Below are positions 8,224 to 17,650 of a DNA stretch of 64,000 nt, piece after piece; positions within the stretch are counted from its first letter, which is position 1, and each line of letters starts with the position of its first letter. A program made the position numbers and the translations under genes. Location: the NCBI GenBank assembly GCA_951812955.1, contig OX638340.1, positions 64,001 to 128,000 of the forward strand, given 5' to 3'. Origin of the DNA: an uncultured Gemmatimonadota bacterium (lineage in GTDB: Bacteria; JAAXHH01). The notes beneath the pieces are model-generated. The model ran no database searches and was not told where the DNA came from. It worked only from the letters and a program-made list of their open reading frames with translations.

Positions 8224-9915
8224 TCATCGGCGCTGATATCTCCAACGCTTAACAACATCTTGAATTTCCGAGTCAGGAGTTGCATCGTTTTGCCACCCCT
8301 TATCGAAGTCAATGTCATTTGATTTCGGTAGCTGATCAGGATTTAAATCACGTATTAGGATGCGCGACGGCAACATTGCAGCTTGGCCAACGAAAATTGC
8401 CTCTTGCCTCCGTAAACCAGAAAGCATCTTTGTCAGACCAGACATCGAATCTGGTAGAATGGATCGAACATGCTCCCTGTCGGCGTCATTGGTGATTCGC
8501 ATAACAATCCAGCTATTGCATTGTGAAAGAACCGTTGCCTCAACTTCGCTTGGGCGCTGGGATACCAACAGGAGCCCTACACCATACTTTCGACCTTCCT
8601 TAGCAACACGCCTGATTGCTTCTTGAGCAGCCTCATATTGCGCTTCGCCCCGATTTGGAACGTAGCGATGAGCTTCTTCACATACCAGTAAAACTGGGTC
8701 AGATTCGCGCTCTGATTGGGTTTGCCAAATCTTCAGATTGAATAAAGTTCGAGCAATTACCGCACTTGATACACCGGCTACTTCATTGGGGACACCGGAC
8801 AGATCTACTATTCTTGGTTGAGACCCATCCCCGATAAGTTGCTTGATAACAGTAAGAAAAGGATCGTTATTTTCCCATTCTGACATCATGAATCGGAGTC
8901 GAGCATCGGTCATTAAGACTTCGAGTTTTTGGAGTATCGAGTTATGAGAATCTTGTTTGCTGAGCGCAGTTGGCTTATCCGCTTCAATCTTTTCTATAAG
9001 CCTCGATAACTTGTATGGTACGGGGGAATCAACAGTTATGAGATTGACATCAAGACCTAGCTGATGCGCACCTTCTTCGCGGGCGTAGATTAAGGCTCTC
9101 TTTACGATGTTAGCTTGTGAGGTCGCAACAAATTCAGTTCTTCCGATCAACAAGGCAACCGTCTCTTGAAAGTTCAAGAGCCAGTATGGAAGTGTTAGTG
9201 TTCCGTCATCAGAGGAAAGTTTAGTATGATCAGTAAATGCGCTGCCGTATTCACCATGGGGGTCGAGTATAATAACCCTGGGCTTCCATTTCGTATATGA
9301 TCTAGTGTCACCTCTATCAAGAATACTGTGAATGATAGCTGCGACCGTACCTGACTTGCCAGCGCCAGTGGAGCCGAGAACGGCTGTGTGTTTACCAAGT
9401 AGTTCATTCAAATCTGCAAAACATGGGGTCCCGCCTGAACCTACATGCTGCCCGAGCTGAACAACGGCACTTTTCGCTTTCCCGTAAATAAAACGCAATT
9501 CAGCTTTTGGAGTCAGATAGACAGTTTGCTGTGGGAGTGGATAGGTTGATACCCCACGTTCAAAAAAAAGCTTCCATTCACTAGATGTCCCATGAATCCA
9601 TTCGCCTTCGCCGAACAGGTCTGCTTCGACGATTCTTTCATCCGAAGATGATGCTGACACCAATCCTCGTTCTGCTTGAAATTCTGATTTCATCCTTAGT
9701 CGGCCGACCAACGCGTAGACGGTTTGACGCCCGAAATGGACTTTGACAATGGAACCAAATTGTCCGATGGGATAGGTTTCTCCCGCATACACACGCGAGA
9801 GTTCAGAAAGAGTCGGATTTAACTCGGCAACAAGGTGAGATCCATCAACTTCAATTATCTTGCCGATTGCCAGATTCTCAATTGGCTCATTGGGATTGCG
9901 AGTCGAAACACTCAT
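8224..9915 (-). CDS. HerA/FtsK-like (DUF87) ATPase, partner of SIR2 (SIR2-HerA defence system)
   Basis: Walker A is LGSTGAGKSGTVAAII and Walker B/DEAH-like is LLVCEEAHRY. The 563-aa size and the 4-nt overlap with the upstream SIR2 gene match the SIR2-HerA arrangement. Confidence 0.75.
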   Translation of the reverse strand: MSVSTRNPNEPIENLAIGKIIEVDGSHLVAELNPTLSELSRVYAGETYPIGQFGSIVKVHFGRQTVYALVGRLRMKSEFQAERGLVSASSSDERIVEADLFGEGEWIHGTSSEWKLFFERGVSTYPLPQQTVYLTPKAELRFIYGKAKSAVVQLGQHVGSGGTPCFADLNELLGKHTAVLGSTGAGKSGTVAAIIHSILDRGDTRSYTKWKPRVIILDPHGEYGSAFTDHTKLSSDDGTLTLPYWLLNFQETVALLIGRTEFVATSQANIVKRALIYAREEGAHQLGLDVNLITVDSPVPYKLSRLIEKIEADKPTALSKQDSHNSILQKLEVLMTDARLRFMMSEWENNDPFLTVIKQLIGDGSQPRIVDLSGVPNEVAGVSSAVIARTLFNLKIWQTQSERESDPVLLVCEEAHRYVPNRGEAQYEAAQEAIRRVAKEGRKYGVGLLLVSQRPSEVEATVLSQCNSWIVMRITNDADREHVRSILPDSMSGLTKMLSGLRRQEAIFVGQAAMLPSRILIRDLNPDQLPKSNDIDFDKGWQNDATPDSEIQDVVKRWRYQRR

Positions 9916-11072
9916 CTTTCACCTCCAAGCAGGCGGGTCAAGTTTTCAAATTTCCACCAAAGTAGGTCGGTGTCGGATGGTGCTTTTTTGCTGCCGTGAA
10001 AGAAGCCAAGATTAGCAAAAATAAGTACTTGCTCGGTTATGGAGTCATCATCATGCCATCTCTTAAGTAGGCCTTTTGGTTCATCATCAGAGGTAAACAC
10101 CACGACGGTAAGACGACCGTCAGATTCACGTAACGCCCGGTCGATTTCGAGATTGATGTGTGAATCACCAAAGCGGTACCCGCACGTAATCAGTATTTTT
10201 TGCGAACCTGAAACAGCCGTTAGTGCTTTCCGCCCATATTCTGCCAATTGAGCATAGGGGTCTCTTTGAGTTTCACGGTATTTGGTGGATGCTGGCCAAA
10301 TGAGAATCTTGTTTTTACCCCCGGATTGTACTTTGACATTACCGGAAACTCGGCGAGGGAGTGGATCACCATCGAACTCGCACCAGTTTATTGAACCGTG
10401 CAGTTTGAAGATCCTCGACGAGAGTCCATCACGCTCAAAATCCGCAGGATTCCACCATCCGGTGACTCCGCCTTCCAGACCATCTGAAAAGGAAACTCGC
10501 TCAAGCGCGAGTGCATCTTCAAGAAGCGTGTCGTAGTTGAGGCAGAGATAGTCCACACGATCAAAGTTGCCCGTTTTACCAGGCCGAATTGGGCGATGAA
10601 CCGCCTTTACGAATTTGCGATGAACCACTACATCGATTTGCTCGTCATTGTGCTCGATTATATTGGAAATGATACGCTTTATATCTTCTGCAGATTCCCT
10701 TAGTTGCTGGCCAGAATATCGATTGTCTTTGATAGTGATCTGGTCATCGGTTGCGCCTCGCTCCGCCCTTCTTTCAGCGATGGCCAGAAGGTCGATTATT
10801 TCACTAAGGTAGTCCTCAATATCTGGATCACTCGCACCGGTGAAACCTTCCTTAATTCCCTTGAGGATCTCTGTGGTATAGTCACTCAAAGCACCTATTT
10901 CCAGTACTTTAGTAGTTAGTTCTTCCATCAATGGTAAACCCGCGCATTTGCTACAACCTGCACCAATTAGGAACACTTTCCCATGCTGGACCATAAGTTC
11001 GTCTAGCGTATCATAAGCTTCAACTAATTGAGGGGTATCCCATATTGCGTCAAGATTGTCAGGTGCGCTCAT
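9912..11072 (-). CDS. SIR2-family (NAD+-consuming) protein of a SIR2-HerA defence pair
   Basis: The NAD-binding GAGxS motif is VFLIGAGCSKCAGLP. The catalytic Asn/Asp is LCLNYDTLLED and the catalytic His is KLHGSINW. The protein is 386 aa and sits immediately upstream of HerA, overlapping it. Confidence 0.75.
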   Translation of the reverse strand: MSAPDNLDAIWDTPQLVEAYDTLDELMVQHGKVFLIGAGCSKCAGLPLMEELTTKVLEIGALSDYTTEILKGIKEGFTGASDPDIEDYLSEIIDLLAIAERRAERGATDDQITIKDNRYSGQQLRESAEDIKRIISNIIEHNDEQIDVVVHRKFVKAVHRPIRPGKTGNFDRVDYLCLNYDTLLEDALALERVSFSDGLEGGVTGWWNPADFERDGLSSRIFKLHGSINWCEFDGDPLPRRVSGNVKVQSGGKNKILIWPASTKYRETQRDPYAQLAEYGRKALTAVSGSQKILITCGYRFGDSHINLEIDRALRESDGRLTVVVFTSDDEPKGLLKRWHDDDSITEQVLIFANLGFFHGSKKAPSDTDLLWWKFENLTRLLGGER

Positions 11073-11340
11073 ATTAACCCTTTCTCATTTTATCATACTC
11101 CAATTTCCTGACTTCATTGCTATTCATGTGTCGCTATGCCATTAACTTCAACAACACGTCGTCTAGACCAAACCGATCATTCAAGGATTTAGCTATCCGA
11201 ACGAGTTTCGGACTTGGTCCGGAGTAAATAGAGAATCAGTCGCCCAAAGTGAGAGAATGTGTGACGGACAGGGAAAATCGACGATGTGGAACGGTTGTTC
11301 GAGAGGACATTAACAGACGCAATCTCTTAGAAACAAGTGC

Positions 11341-11389
11341 AAAAAACCCGTCATCCCCGAGAATGAGCCAGACCCTAGAGAGACGGGTT
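11341..11389 (-). terminator. Hairpin plus U-run terminator just 3' of ssrA (bidirectional hairpin)
   Basis: An 8-bp stem AACCCGTC (11345-11352) pairs with GACGGGTT (11382-11389) across a roughly 29-nt loop. On the minus strand it is followed by TTTTTT (plus-strand A6 at 11341-11346). On the plus strand it is followed by TCTTTTT. Confidence 0.4.
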
Positions 11390-11402
11390 GTCTTTTTAGA
11401 AT

Positions 11403-11766
11403 TGATGGAGGTGGGGGGAATCGAACCCCCGTCCGAAAGTGCCTAAGCGGAAACTTCTACATGCGTAGCCTGTTGTTTAATCTCGTTCCGGAGAACTCCA
11501 GCAGGCAGGATTTAACCGGAACCAGCCTCAGTTGAGTCTCGCCTGGCGCCCTGAGGCGCGACGCCCGGCCAGCCTGCTTTATCGACGCTTTTGACCATCC
11601 CGCAGGCGGGGCTGATCAAAAACGGGCCGGCCTAAGTTACCTTAGGCAGCCATTGCATACGAAGGTTCGTCTGCAGATAAATTGTTCCCAATGGTTTTAC
11701 GAGGTTATCGGGGACCTCGGCACGCGATTCCCGCCGCATCCACTCCCGTCGAATCCTTTCACCCCC
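11403..11766 (-). ncRNA. ssrA: tmRNA (ssrA)
   Basis: The reverse complement begins GGGGGTGAAAGGATTCGACGGG... and ends ...GGACGGGGGTTCGATTCCCCCCACCTCCA. This gives a tRNA-like acceptor stem with a G3:U70 wobble (the Ala identity element) and a T-arm. The internal frame ...GCA GAC GAA CCT TCG TAT GCA ATG GCT GCC TAA (ADEPSYAMAA-stop) is followed by a helix-5-like GCCTAAG/CTTAGGC stem. CCA is not encoded. Confidence 0.85.
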
Positions 11767-11775
11767 ATGTCAAAG

Positions 11776-11804
11776 AACATAGGCCATTTGGGCGCTTCTG
11801 TCAA
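11776..11804 (-). promoter_or_regulatory. Sigma-70-type promoter for ssrA (TTGACA-N17-TATGTT)
   Basis: On the minus strand, TTGACA (11799-11804), a 17-nt spacer and TATGTT (11776-11781) are read. The -10 element ends 9 nt before the mature tmRNA G1. Confidence 0.5.
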
Positions 11805-11880
11805 ATTCGCCCGGCCGCGATGGTTCGGTTGCATCATGATACGGCAGCACCATGGTACGGCTGCATCGCGGTTTGGCCAG

Positions 11881-11953
<73 letters not shown>

Positions 11954-11959
11954 ATTCCA

Positions 11960-12032
11960 TGAGCGCGGAAGGAATCGAACCTTCGACCCACAGATTAAAA
12001 GTCTGTTGCTCTGCCAACTGAGCTACGCGCCC
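11960..12032 (-). tRNA. tRNA-Lys (anticodon UUU)
   Basis: The reverse complement is GGGCGCGTAGCTCAGTTGGCAGAGCAACAGACTTTTAATCTGTGGGTCGAAGGTTCGATTCCTTCCGCGCTCA. It has a cloverleaf with anticodon loop CTTTTAA. Confidence 0.85.
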
Positions 12033-12045
12033 TCGCAGGCGTAGC

Positions 12046-12074
12046 ATAATAAGCGATTACACCTACTTCGTCAA
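12046..12074 (-). promoter_or_regulatory. Sigma-70-type promoter for the tRNA-Lys pair (TTGACG-N17-TATTAT)
   Basis: On the minus strand, TTGACG (12069-12074), a 17-nt spacer and TATTAT (12046-12051) are read. The -10 element lies 13 nt upstream of tRNA nt 1. Confidence 0.45.
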
Positions 12075-12131
12075 CCGATTTCCGGTTAGGACAGGATGGC
12101 CAATGAGCACGAACGCGGGGCCCGCGAAACC

Positions 12132-13409
12132 TTACATGAAAATGGTCGCGTCTCGATGCGAACCCACGGAAACGAGGTCCACTTTGGCCTTCACCAGTTC
12201 CGATATGCGCTCGATGTATGCCTGGGCTTCCTTCGGCAATCCGTCCCAGGTCCGTATGTGGCCGGTGGGCCGATCCCAGCCCTCCATCTCCTCGTATACG
12301 GGCTCGCATCGGCGCAGGACGTTCGCGTCGTTGGGCAGATGAGGGACCACCTCGCCGTTCAGCCTGTATCCGACGCACAGCCTCAGCGTCTGGAGCGTGT
12401 CCAAGGTGTCGAGGCGGGCGAGGGCCAGCCGGTCGATGCCGTTCACCATGACCGCGTAGCGAACCACCATGGCGTCGAACCAGCCGCACCGGCGCGGGCG
12501 GCCCGTCGTAGCGCCGAATTCACCCGCCATGCGCCGGAATTCGTCTCCCCACCTGGAAGGAAACTCAGTGGGGAAGGGGCCGTTGCCTACCCGGGTGGTG
12601 TAGGCCTTGGCCACGCCGATGACTTCGTCGATGCGGGTGGGACCGACGCCGGCGCCCATGCAGGCGGCACCCGTGGTCGTGTTGGAGGACGTGACGTAGG
12701 GATAGGTCCCGTGGTCCACGTCCAGCAGGGTGCCCTGGCTGCCCTCGAACAAGATCTCCTTGTCGGCATCAATAGCGTCGTTGAGATATTCCGACGTATT
12801 CGTCACGAATGGACCGATCCGGTCAGCAAATGCCATGTACTCCTCGATGATCCGGTCGGCGTCGAGCGTCTCGGCCTGGTATATGGCGTCGAGAATCCTG
12901 TTCGCCTCGTCGATATTGCGCTGAAGCTTCTCGCGAAGCACGGACCGATCGTGCAGGTCGCCGATGCGAATACCCTTGCGGGCAGCCTTGTCCGCATAAG
13001 CGGGACCGATACCCCTTCCCGTGGTACCGATCCGCTCTTCCTCCTGCAACTGTTCTTCCCCGACCCGGTCGATCAGCTTGTGGTACGGCATGATAACGTG
13101 GGCGTTGTGGCTGATGAAAAGGCGTCCCTCCACGTCGATGCCGTGAGACCCGAGCATCTCGATCTCTTCCATCAGCGCTTCCGGATCGATCACCGTGCCG
13201 TTGCCGATGACGCAGGCCTTGTCCTGCCGGAGGATGCCGACTGGTATGAGGTGGAGGATGTACTCCTGGTCTCCGATCTGAACGGTGTGCCCGGCATTGG
13301 CCCCGCCCTGGAACCGCACGACGATATCGGCCCGCTCACTCAGGAAATCGACGATCTTTCCCTTGCCTTCATCTCCCCACGCTGCGCCTACGAGTATGCG
13401 AACGGCCAT
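12132..13409 (-). CDS. purA: Adenylosuccinate synthetase
   Basis: The N-terminus reads MAVRILVGAAWGDEGKGKIVDFLSERADIVVRFQGGANAGHTV and the protein is 425 aa. Confidence 0.92.
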   Translation of the reverse strand: MAVRILVGAAWGDEGKGKIVDFLSERADIVVRFQGGANAGHTVQIGDQEYILHLIPVGILRQDKACVIGNGTVIDPEALMEEIEMLGSHGIDVEGRLFISHNAHVIMPYHKLIDRVGEEQLQEEERIGTTGRGIGPAYADKAARKGIRIGDLHDRSVLREKLQRNIDEANRILDAIYQAETLDADRIIEEYMAFADRIGPFVTNTSEYLNDAIDADKEILFEGSQGTLLDVDHGTYPYVTSSNTTTGAACMGAGVGPTRIDEVIGVAKAYTTRVGNGPFPTEFPSRWGDEFRRMAGEFGATTGRPRRCGWFDAMVVRYAVMVNGIDRLALARLDTLDTLQTLRLCVGYRLNGEVVPHLPNDANVLRRCEPVYEEMEGWDRPTGHIRTWDGLPKEAQAYIERISELVKAKVDLVSVGSHRDATIFM

Positions 13410-13847
13410 CTTTCTTCCATCTCCCTGTTGATTCCCGGACTGTCTGAATCCCGCTTCGAAGTCGACCGGTATCCGGGTCCATAAACAATAAAAGGGCGAG
13501 TCATAAGACCCGCCCTCAAGACCGTTAGATCTTACAGTTCATTGTATGCGGTATGGGCGTGGGAGGTCAAGAAAAAAACGGCTGAAAAACGGGCAGGTTC
13601 ACGGTACCGGCGCGCCGCCGAATAGATCGGTTGACATTCGCGCCGTGGGTGATACTAATGCATGTTATACATTAATCGGGCGGTAACATAGTTTGTAGCG
13701 GATTGGATTGCGGCCGGACGCGGGCTGGGAGCGTGCAGCAACGCAGCTGGACACGGACCATAAGCGGATTGTGTCACGGCCGGATCCAATCTGGGAGCAT
13801 GGCCGTACTTGCCCCATCCCAATAAGAACAGAAAAGAGAGCCTTCCC

Positions 13848-14654
13848 ATGTACGCATGCATCAACGGCGCGACGACCATGCCCTATACCCTGGAGCAGGA
13901 CCTGGCCGCCGCGGCGACGGCGGGTTTCGAAGCCGTCGAAATCTGGTCCAGGAAACTCGACGCGTACCTGGAGGAACACGATTCCGTCGAGTTGAAAGCA
14001 CTCCTGGACTCCCACGGGTTGTGCGCGGCCTCGCTCTGTCCCTACGGGCTGGTCGGTTTCGCCGACAACAGGAAAGAACTGGAATCAATCGAACGTGCGG
14101 CGACGGTCGCCGCGGCGATCGATTGTCCGGTCCTCCTCGTCTGCGCCGACGCGCCTCCGAAGGGCATGGACAGGGATGAAGCCTTCGATACCATGGCAGC
14201 CGCGGCCCGGACATACGCCGAACGGGCCGCCGCCCACGGGGTGAAGATCGCCATCGAACCCCTCGGACGCCATCCCTTCATCCCCGGTCCCCGCGAGGCC
14301 CTGGAGGTGATCGATCGAGCCGGACACGGCAGCCTGGGGCTGATGATGGATTTCTTCCACTACTACAAGTCGGGCGTTACATTCGAGGACATACGGGCGA
14401 TCCCCGCCGAACTGCTGCTGATCGTCCACGTGGACGACTGCGAGGATCTGCCGGCTGAATCGTTGACCGACCAGCATCGTGTCTACATGGGCGAGGGCGT
14501 GCTGCCCCTGCGGAATATGCTGGGTGCGCTCCGTGAAAAGGGCTACTCGGGCGCCCTGTCGGTCGAGATCTTCCGGGAGGAATACTGGAAGAATTCCCCT
14601 GTGGAAATTTCCACCTCAGCTAAGGCTGCCTACGACCGGATGATGGAGGCTTGA
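13848..14654 (+). CDS. Sugar phosphate isomerase/epimerase (xylose-isomerase-like TIM barrel)
   Basis: AP-endonuclease-2/xylose-isomerase-like TIM pattern (EIWS..., IEPLG, FHYYKSG, VHVDD). The ATG at 13848 is preferred over the TTG at 13809 reported by the ORF caller. Confidence 0.7.
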   Translation: MYACINGATTMPYTLEQDLAAAATAGFEAVEIWSRKLDAYLEEHDSVELKALLDSHGLCAASLCPYGLVGFADNRKELESIERAATVAAAIDCPVLLVCADAPPKGMDRDEAFDTMAAAARTYAERAAAHGVKIAIEPLGRHPFIPGPREALEVIDRAGHGSLGLMMDFFHYYKSGVTFEDIRAIPAELLLIVHVDDCEDLPAESLTDQHRVYMGEGVLPLRNMLGALREKGYSGALSVEIFREEYWKNSPVEISTSAKAAYDRMMEA

Positions 14655-14760
14655 GTCCGGCACTTCGTTTAACCTTAGTATCCGCAATCCAGGTTGGCCA
14701 TTCCACTACCGGCCCGGCAACGGGCCATAGGACCGCCAGCCGCCCGAAAGCCTGAAGGGC

Positions 14761-16278
14761 CTACTCCGCCAGTGACTTCCGGTACCGCAGGTTCAGGGAC
14801 TTCGGATGGGCGGCGCGGGCCTCGTCGAGCCGGCTCACCGGTGTGGTGTGGGGGGCGTTCCGGACCAGGTCCGGATCCTTCTCCGCCTCTTCGGCAATAG
14901 CGAGCATGGCGTCGATGAACCGGTCGATGGATTCCTTGCTTTCGGTTTCCGTGGGTTCGACCATGGCCGCCTCGGGAACGATGAGCGGGAAGTAGATCGT
15001 CGGCGCGTAGAAACCGTAGTCGAGCAGGCGCTTTGCGATGTCGAGCATCCTGACGCCGTGTTCACGGAACCGGGTGCCGGAAGCCACGAACTCGTGCTGG
15101 CAGGGCACTTCGGCGGGGATGGGCGTCTCCTTCTGGGTTCCGTGTAACAGGACGGTCCGGGGGTAATGGCGCTCCAGGCGACGCATGATGTAGTTGGCGT
15201 TCAGGATGGCGTTCTCGCTCACCTGGCGCAGGCCGTCGGGACCGTTGGCCCGGATGTAGGCGTAGGCCCGAACCATCATGCCGAAGCTCCCGCCGAAACT
15301 GCGCACGCGGCCGATGGATTCCGGCCTGTCGTAGTCGAGCCTGTACGCGTCGCCGTCCTTCACCGGCAGAGGCGTCGGCAGGAAGTCGACCAGGTCGCTC
15401 CGCACGCCGACGGGACCGGCACCAGGTCCTCCGCCCCCGTGGGGCGTGGAAAAGGTCTTGTGCAGGTTGAAGTGAACGACGTCGAAACCCATGTCGCCGG
15501 GCCGGGTGATGCCCAGAACGGCGTTCAGGTTCGCCCCGTCCATGTAGAGCAGGGCCCCCGCGTCGTGGACGATGTCCGCGATGGTGCGGATTTCGGATTC
15601 GAACAGGCCCAGTGTATTAGGATTCGTGAGCATGAAGGCGGCCGTTTCTTCGTCGATCAGTTCCGCCAGCCGTCCGGTGTCCACGAGTCCGTGGGCATTC
15701 GTCGGTATCTGTACCGTATCGTATCCCACCAGCGTGACACTGGCCGGGTTGGTGCCGTGGGCCGAATCGGGGATGATGACCTTGCGCCGGGCGTGTCCGC
15801 GGCGCTCGTGGTAGGCCCGCATGATCATCAGGCCGGTCAGTTCGCCGTGGGCGCCGGCCGCGGGCTGCAACGTGACCCCGTCCATCCCCGCGATTTCCGC
15901 GAGATCACTCGACAGTTCGTAAAGTAGCCGCAGGCTGCCCTGGCAGGTCTCGTCCTGCTGCAGAGGATGCAGCCGCGCGAACCCCGGCAGGGCCGCCATG
16001 TCCTCGTTGACCTTCGGATTGTGCTTAATGGTGCACGAACCGAGGGGATACATGGCCCGGTCGGGATGGTAGTTCAGGGTGGACAGCCGGGTATAGTGGC
16101 GGACGACGTCGACCTCGCTGACCTCGGGCAGATCAGGGGCCGCGGTCCGGATATCCGATTCGGGCAGGTAGGTAGAAATCGGCTTGACCGGCACGTCCGG
16201 CGCGGGCAGCCTGACGCCCCGTCTACCGGGGGAGCTCAGTTCGAAAATCAGCGGTTCCGACAATGGGTGTCCTCTCAA
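14761..16278 (-). CDS. gcvPB: Glycine dehydrogenase (decarboxylating) subunit 2
   Basis: ...[12 protein letters not shown]... and [19 protein letters not shown]..., with the PLP-Lys region. The protein is 505 aa. Confidence 0.92.
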   Translation of the reverse strand: MRGHPLSEPLIFELSSPGRRGVRLPAPDVPVKPISTYLPESDIRTAAPDLPEVSEVDVVRHYTRLSTLNYHPDRAMYPLGSCTIKHNPKVNEDMAALPGFARLHPLQQDETCQGSLRLLYELSSDLAEIAGMDGVTLQPAAGAHGELTGLMIMRAYHERRGHARRKVIIPDSAHGTNPASVTLVGYDTVQIPTNAHGLVDTGRLAELIDEETAAFMLTNPNTLGLFESEIRTIADIVHDAGALLYMDGANLNAVLGITRPGDMGFDVVHFNLHKTFSTPHGGGGPGAGPVGVRSDLVDFLPTPLPVKDGDAYRLDYDRPESIGRVRSFGGSFGMMVRAYAYIRANGPDGLRQVSENAILNANYIMRRLERHYPRTVLLHGTQKETPIPAEVPCQHEFVASGTRFREHGVRMLDIAKRLLDYGFYAPTIYFPLIVPEAAMVEPTETESKESIDRFIDAMLAIAEEAEKDPDLVRNAPHTTPVSRLDEARAAHPKSLNLRYRKSLAE

Positions 16279-16281
16279 TGC

Positions 16282-17631
16282 TCAGCTGAACCGGCCCAGG
16301 GCTTCGACGAGCCGGTCGATCTGCGAACGCGTTCGTCTTTCCGTGACCGCGATCAGCAGGCCGTTGTCCAGTTCAAGCGACGGGAAGCGTGCCAGGTCGA
16401 CCCCGGCCAGCAACCCTTCGTCAGCGAGCCGGGTCACGATCTCACCTGCAGGCGCCGGCGTCCGTACCGCGAATTCCTTGAAGAACGGCCGGTCGAATGC
16501 GAGCTCGTAGCCGGGCAGCCTGGTAATCCGTTCGGCCGCGTAGTGGCTCTTGTGGAGACACAGCTCCGCGACTTCTTTCAACCCCTGTTTTCCGATCAGC
16601 GAAAGGTAGATCGTAGCCATCAGAGCGTTGAGCTGCTGGCTGGTGCAGATGTTCGACGTCGCCTTGTCCCGGCGGATGTGCTGTTCGCGGGCCTGCAGCG
16701 TCAGGACGAACCCCCGGCGATCCTCCTGGTCGACGGTCTGCCCCGCGATGCGGCCTGGCATGCGCCGGACGAAGCGGTCCCGCGCTGCGAAGAATCCCAG
16801 GGCCGGTCCGCCGTAGCTCACCTGGTTGCCCATGGATTGGCCTTCCCCCACGGCGATGTCCGCGCCGTAGGCACCCGGCGATTCGATGACGCCGAGGGAA
16901 ATCGGGTCTACGGCCATGACCAGTAGGGCGCCCGCGCCGTGAACGACCCGTTCCAGGTCCCCCATGGATTCCAGGCAGCCGTAGAAGTTGGGATGCTGGA
17001 CGATGACGCAGGCCGTGTCGTCGTCCAGGGCGGACGCCAGCCGGTCGGGATCCAGCGTGCCGTCCGTGCAGGAAACCGTCTCCACCCGGATGCCGGGCCC
17101 GTGGGCGTAAGTACGGACTGTTTCGACGTAATGGGGGTGCAGGCTGCCCGCCAGGATCACGCGGTCGCGCCGCGTCGCCGCGCGGGCCAGCATGGCCGCC
17201 TCCGCCGCCGCGGATGCGCCGTCGTACAAGGAGGCGTTGGCCACGTCCAGGCCCGTCAGTTCGCAGATCATCGTCTGGAACTCGTAAATCCCCTGGAGCG
17301 TACCCTGGCTCACTTCCGGCTGGTAGGGCGTGTAGGAAGTCAGGAATTCCGAGCGGCCGGCAAGGTGGCCTATGGCGCTGGGAACGAAATGATCGTACAT
17401 GCCGCCGCCCACGAATGAAGCCAACCGGTCGGCCGAATCGTTACAGGCGGCCATCTCGCCCATCGTGTCGTGGAGCTCGAGTTCCGAAAGGGCGGGGGGG
17501 AGATCCAGCGGACCGTCGAGCCGAACGTCTTTCGGGATGACGCTCAGCAGCTCTTCGACAGAATCGATGCCGATAGCGGCCAACATCGCCTGCCGGTCGG
17601 CATCTGTATTGGGTATGTACGCCATGGACAC
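16282..17631 (-). CDS. gcvPA: Glycine dehydrogenase (decarboxylating) subunit 1
   Basis: A 449-aa protein with a typical GcvPA N-terminus. It lies immediately upstream of gcvPB. Confidence 0.9.
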   Translation of the reverse strand: MSMAYIPNTDADRQAMLAAIGIDSVEELLSVIPKDVRLDGPLDLPPALSELELHDTMGEMAACNDSADRLASFVGGGMYDHFVPSAIGHLAGRSEFLTSYTPYQPEVSQGTLQGIYEFQTMICELTGLDVANASLYDGASAAAEAAMLARAATRRDRVILAGSLHPHYVETVRTYAHGPGIRVETVSCTDGTLDPDRLASALDDDTACVIVQHPNFYGCLESMGDLERVVHGAGALLVMAVDPISLGVIESPGAYGADIAVGEGQSMGNQVSYGGPALGFFAARDRFVRRMPGRIAGQTVDQEDRRGFVLTLQAREQHIRRDKATSNICTSQQLNALMATIYLSLIGKQGLKEVAELCLHKSHYAAERITRLPGYELAFDRPFFKEFAVRTPAPAGEIVTRLADEGLLAGVDLARFPSLELDNGLLIAVTERRTRSQIDRLVEALGRFS

Positions 17632-17650
17632 TCCGCGGTGACCGGCCGCC

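Larger units (their letters stand above)
1100..11400. other. Putative horizontally acquired defence island adjacent to the ssrA 3' end (no integrase seen)
   Basis: Nucleotide and codon composition are visibly AT-richer than the flanking roughly 65% GC DNA. The content is SIR2-HerA, a HigBA-like TA pair, an E1/Ubl/nuclease operon and unknown ORFs. It lies directly 3' of the tmRNA gene and two tRNA-Lys genes, a classic island integration hotspot. Confidence 0.55.

Noticed and set aside
1100-11400. An integrase, recombinase or transposase gene that would make the island a bona fide mobile element
   Set aside because: None of the island ORFs shows tyrosine-recombinase (R..HxxR..Y), serine-recombinase or DDE transposase motifs. 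The island is therefore annotated only as a putative acquired region.
12096-13484. Long antisense or out-of-frame ORFs listed by the ORF track in high-GC regions. Examples are 12096..13484 opposite purA, 15166..15927 and 15967..16926 opposite gcvP, 18574..19668 opposite accC, 21722..23170 and 22773..23417 within the TPR gene, 25543..26700 opposite dxr, 37851..39437 opposite groEL, and 48390..49232 opposite the kinase.
   Set aside because: Each overlaps a strongly supported conserved gene on the other strand or frame. High GC suppresses stop codons in all frames, and the translations are low-complexity Arg/Pro/Gly-rich with no motifs.
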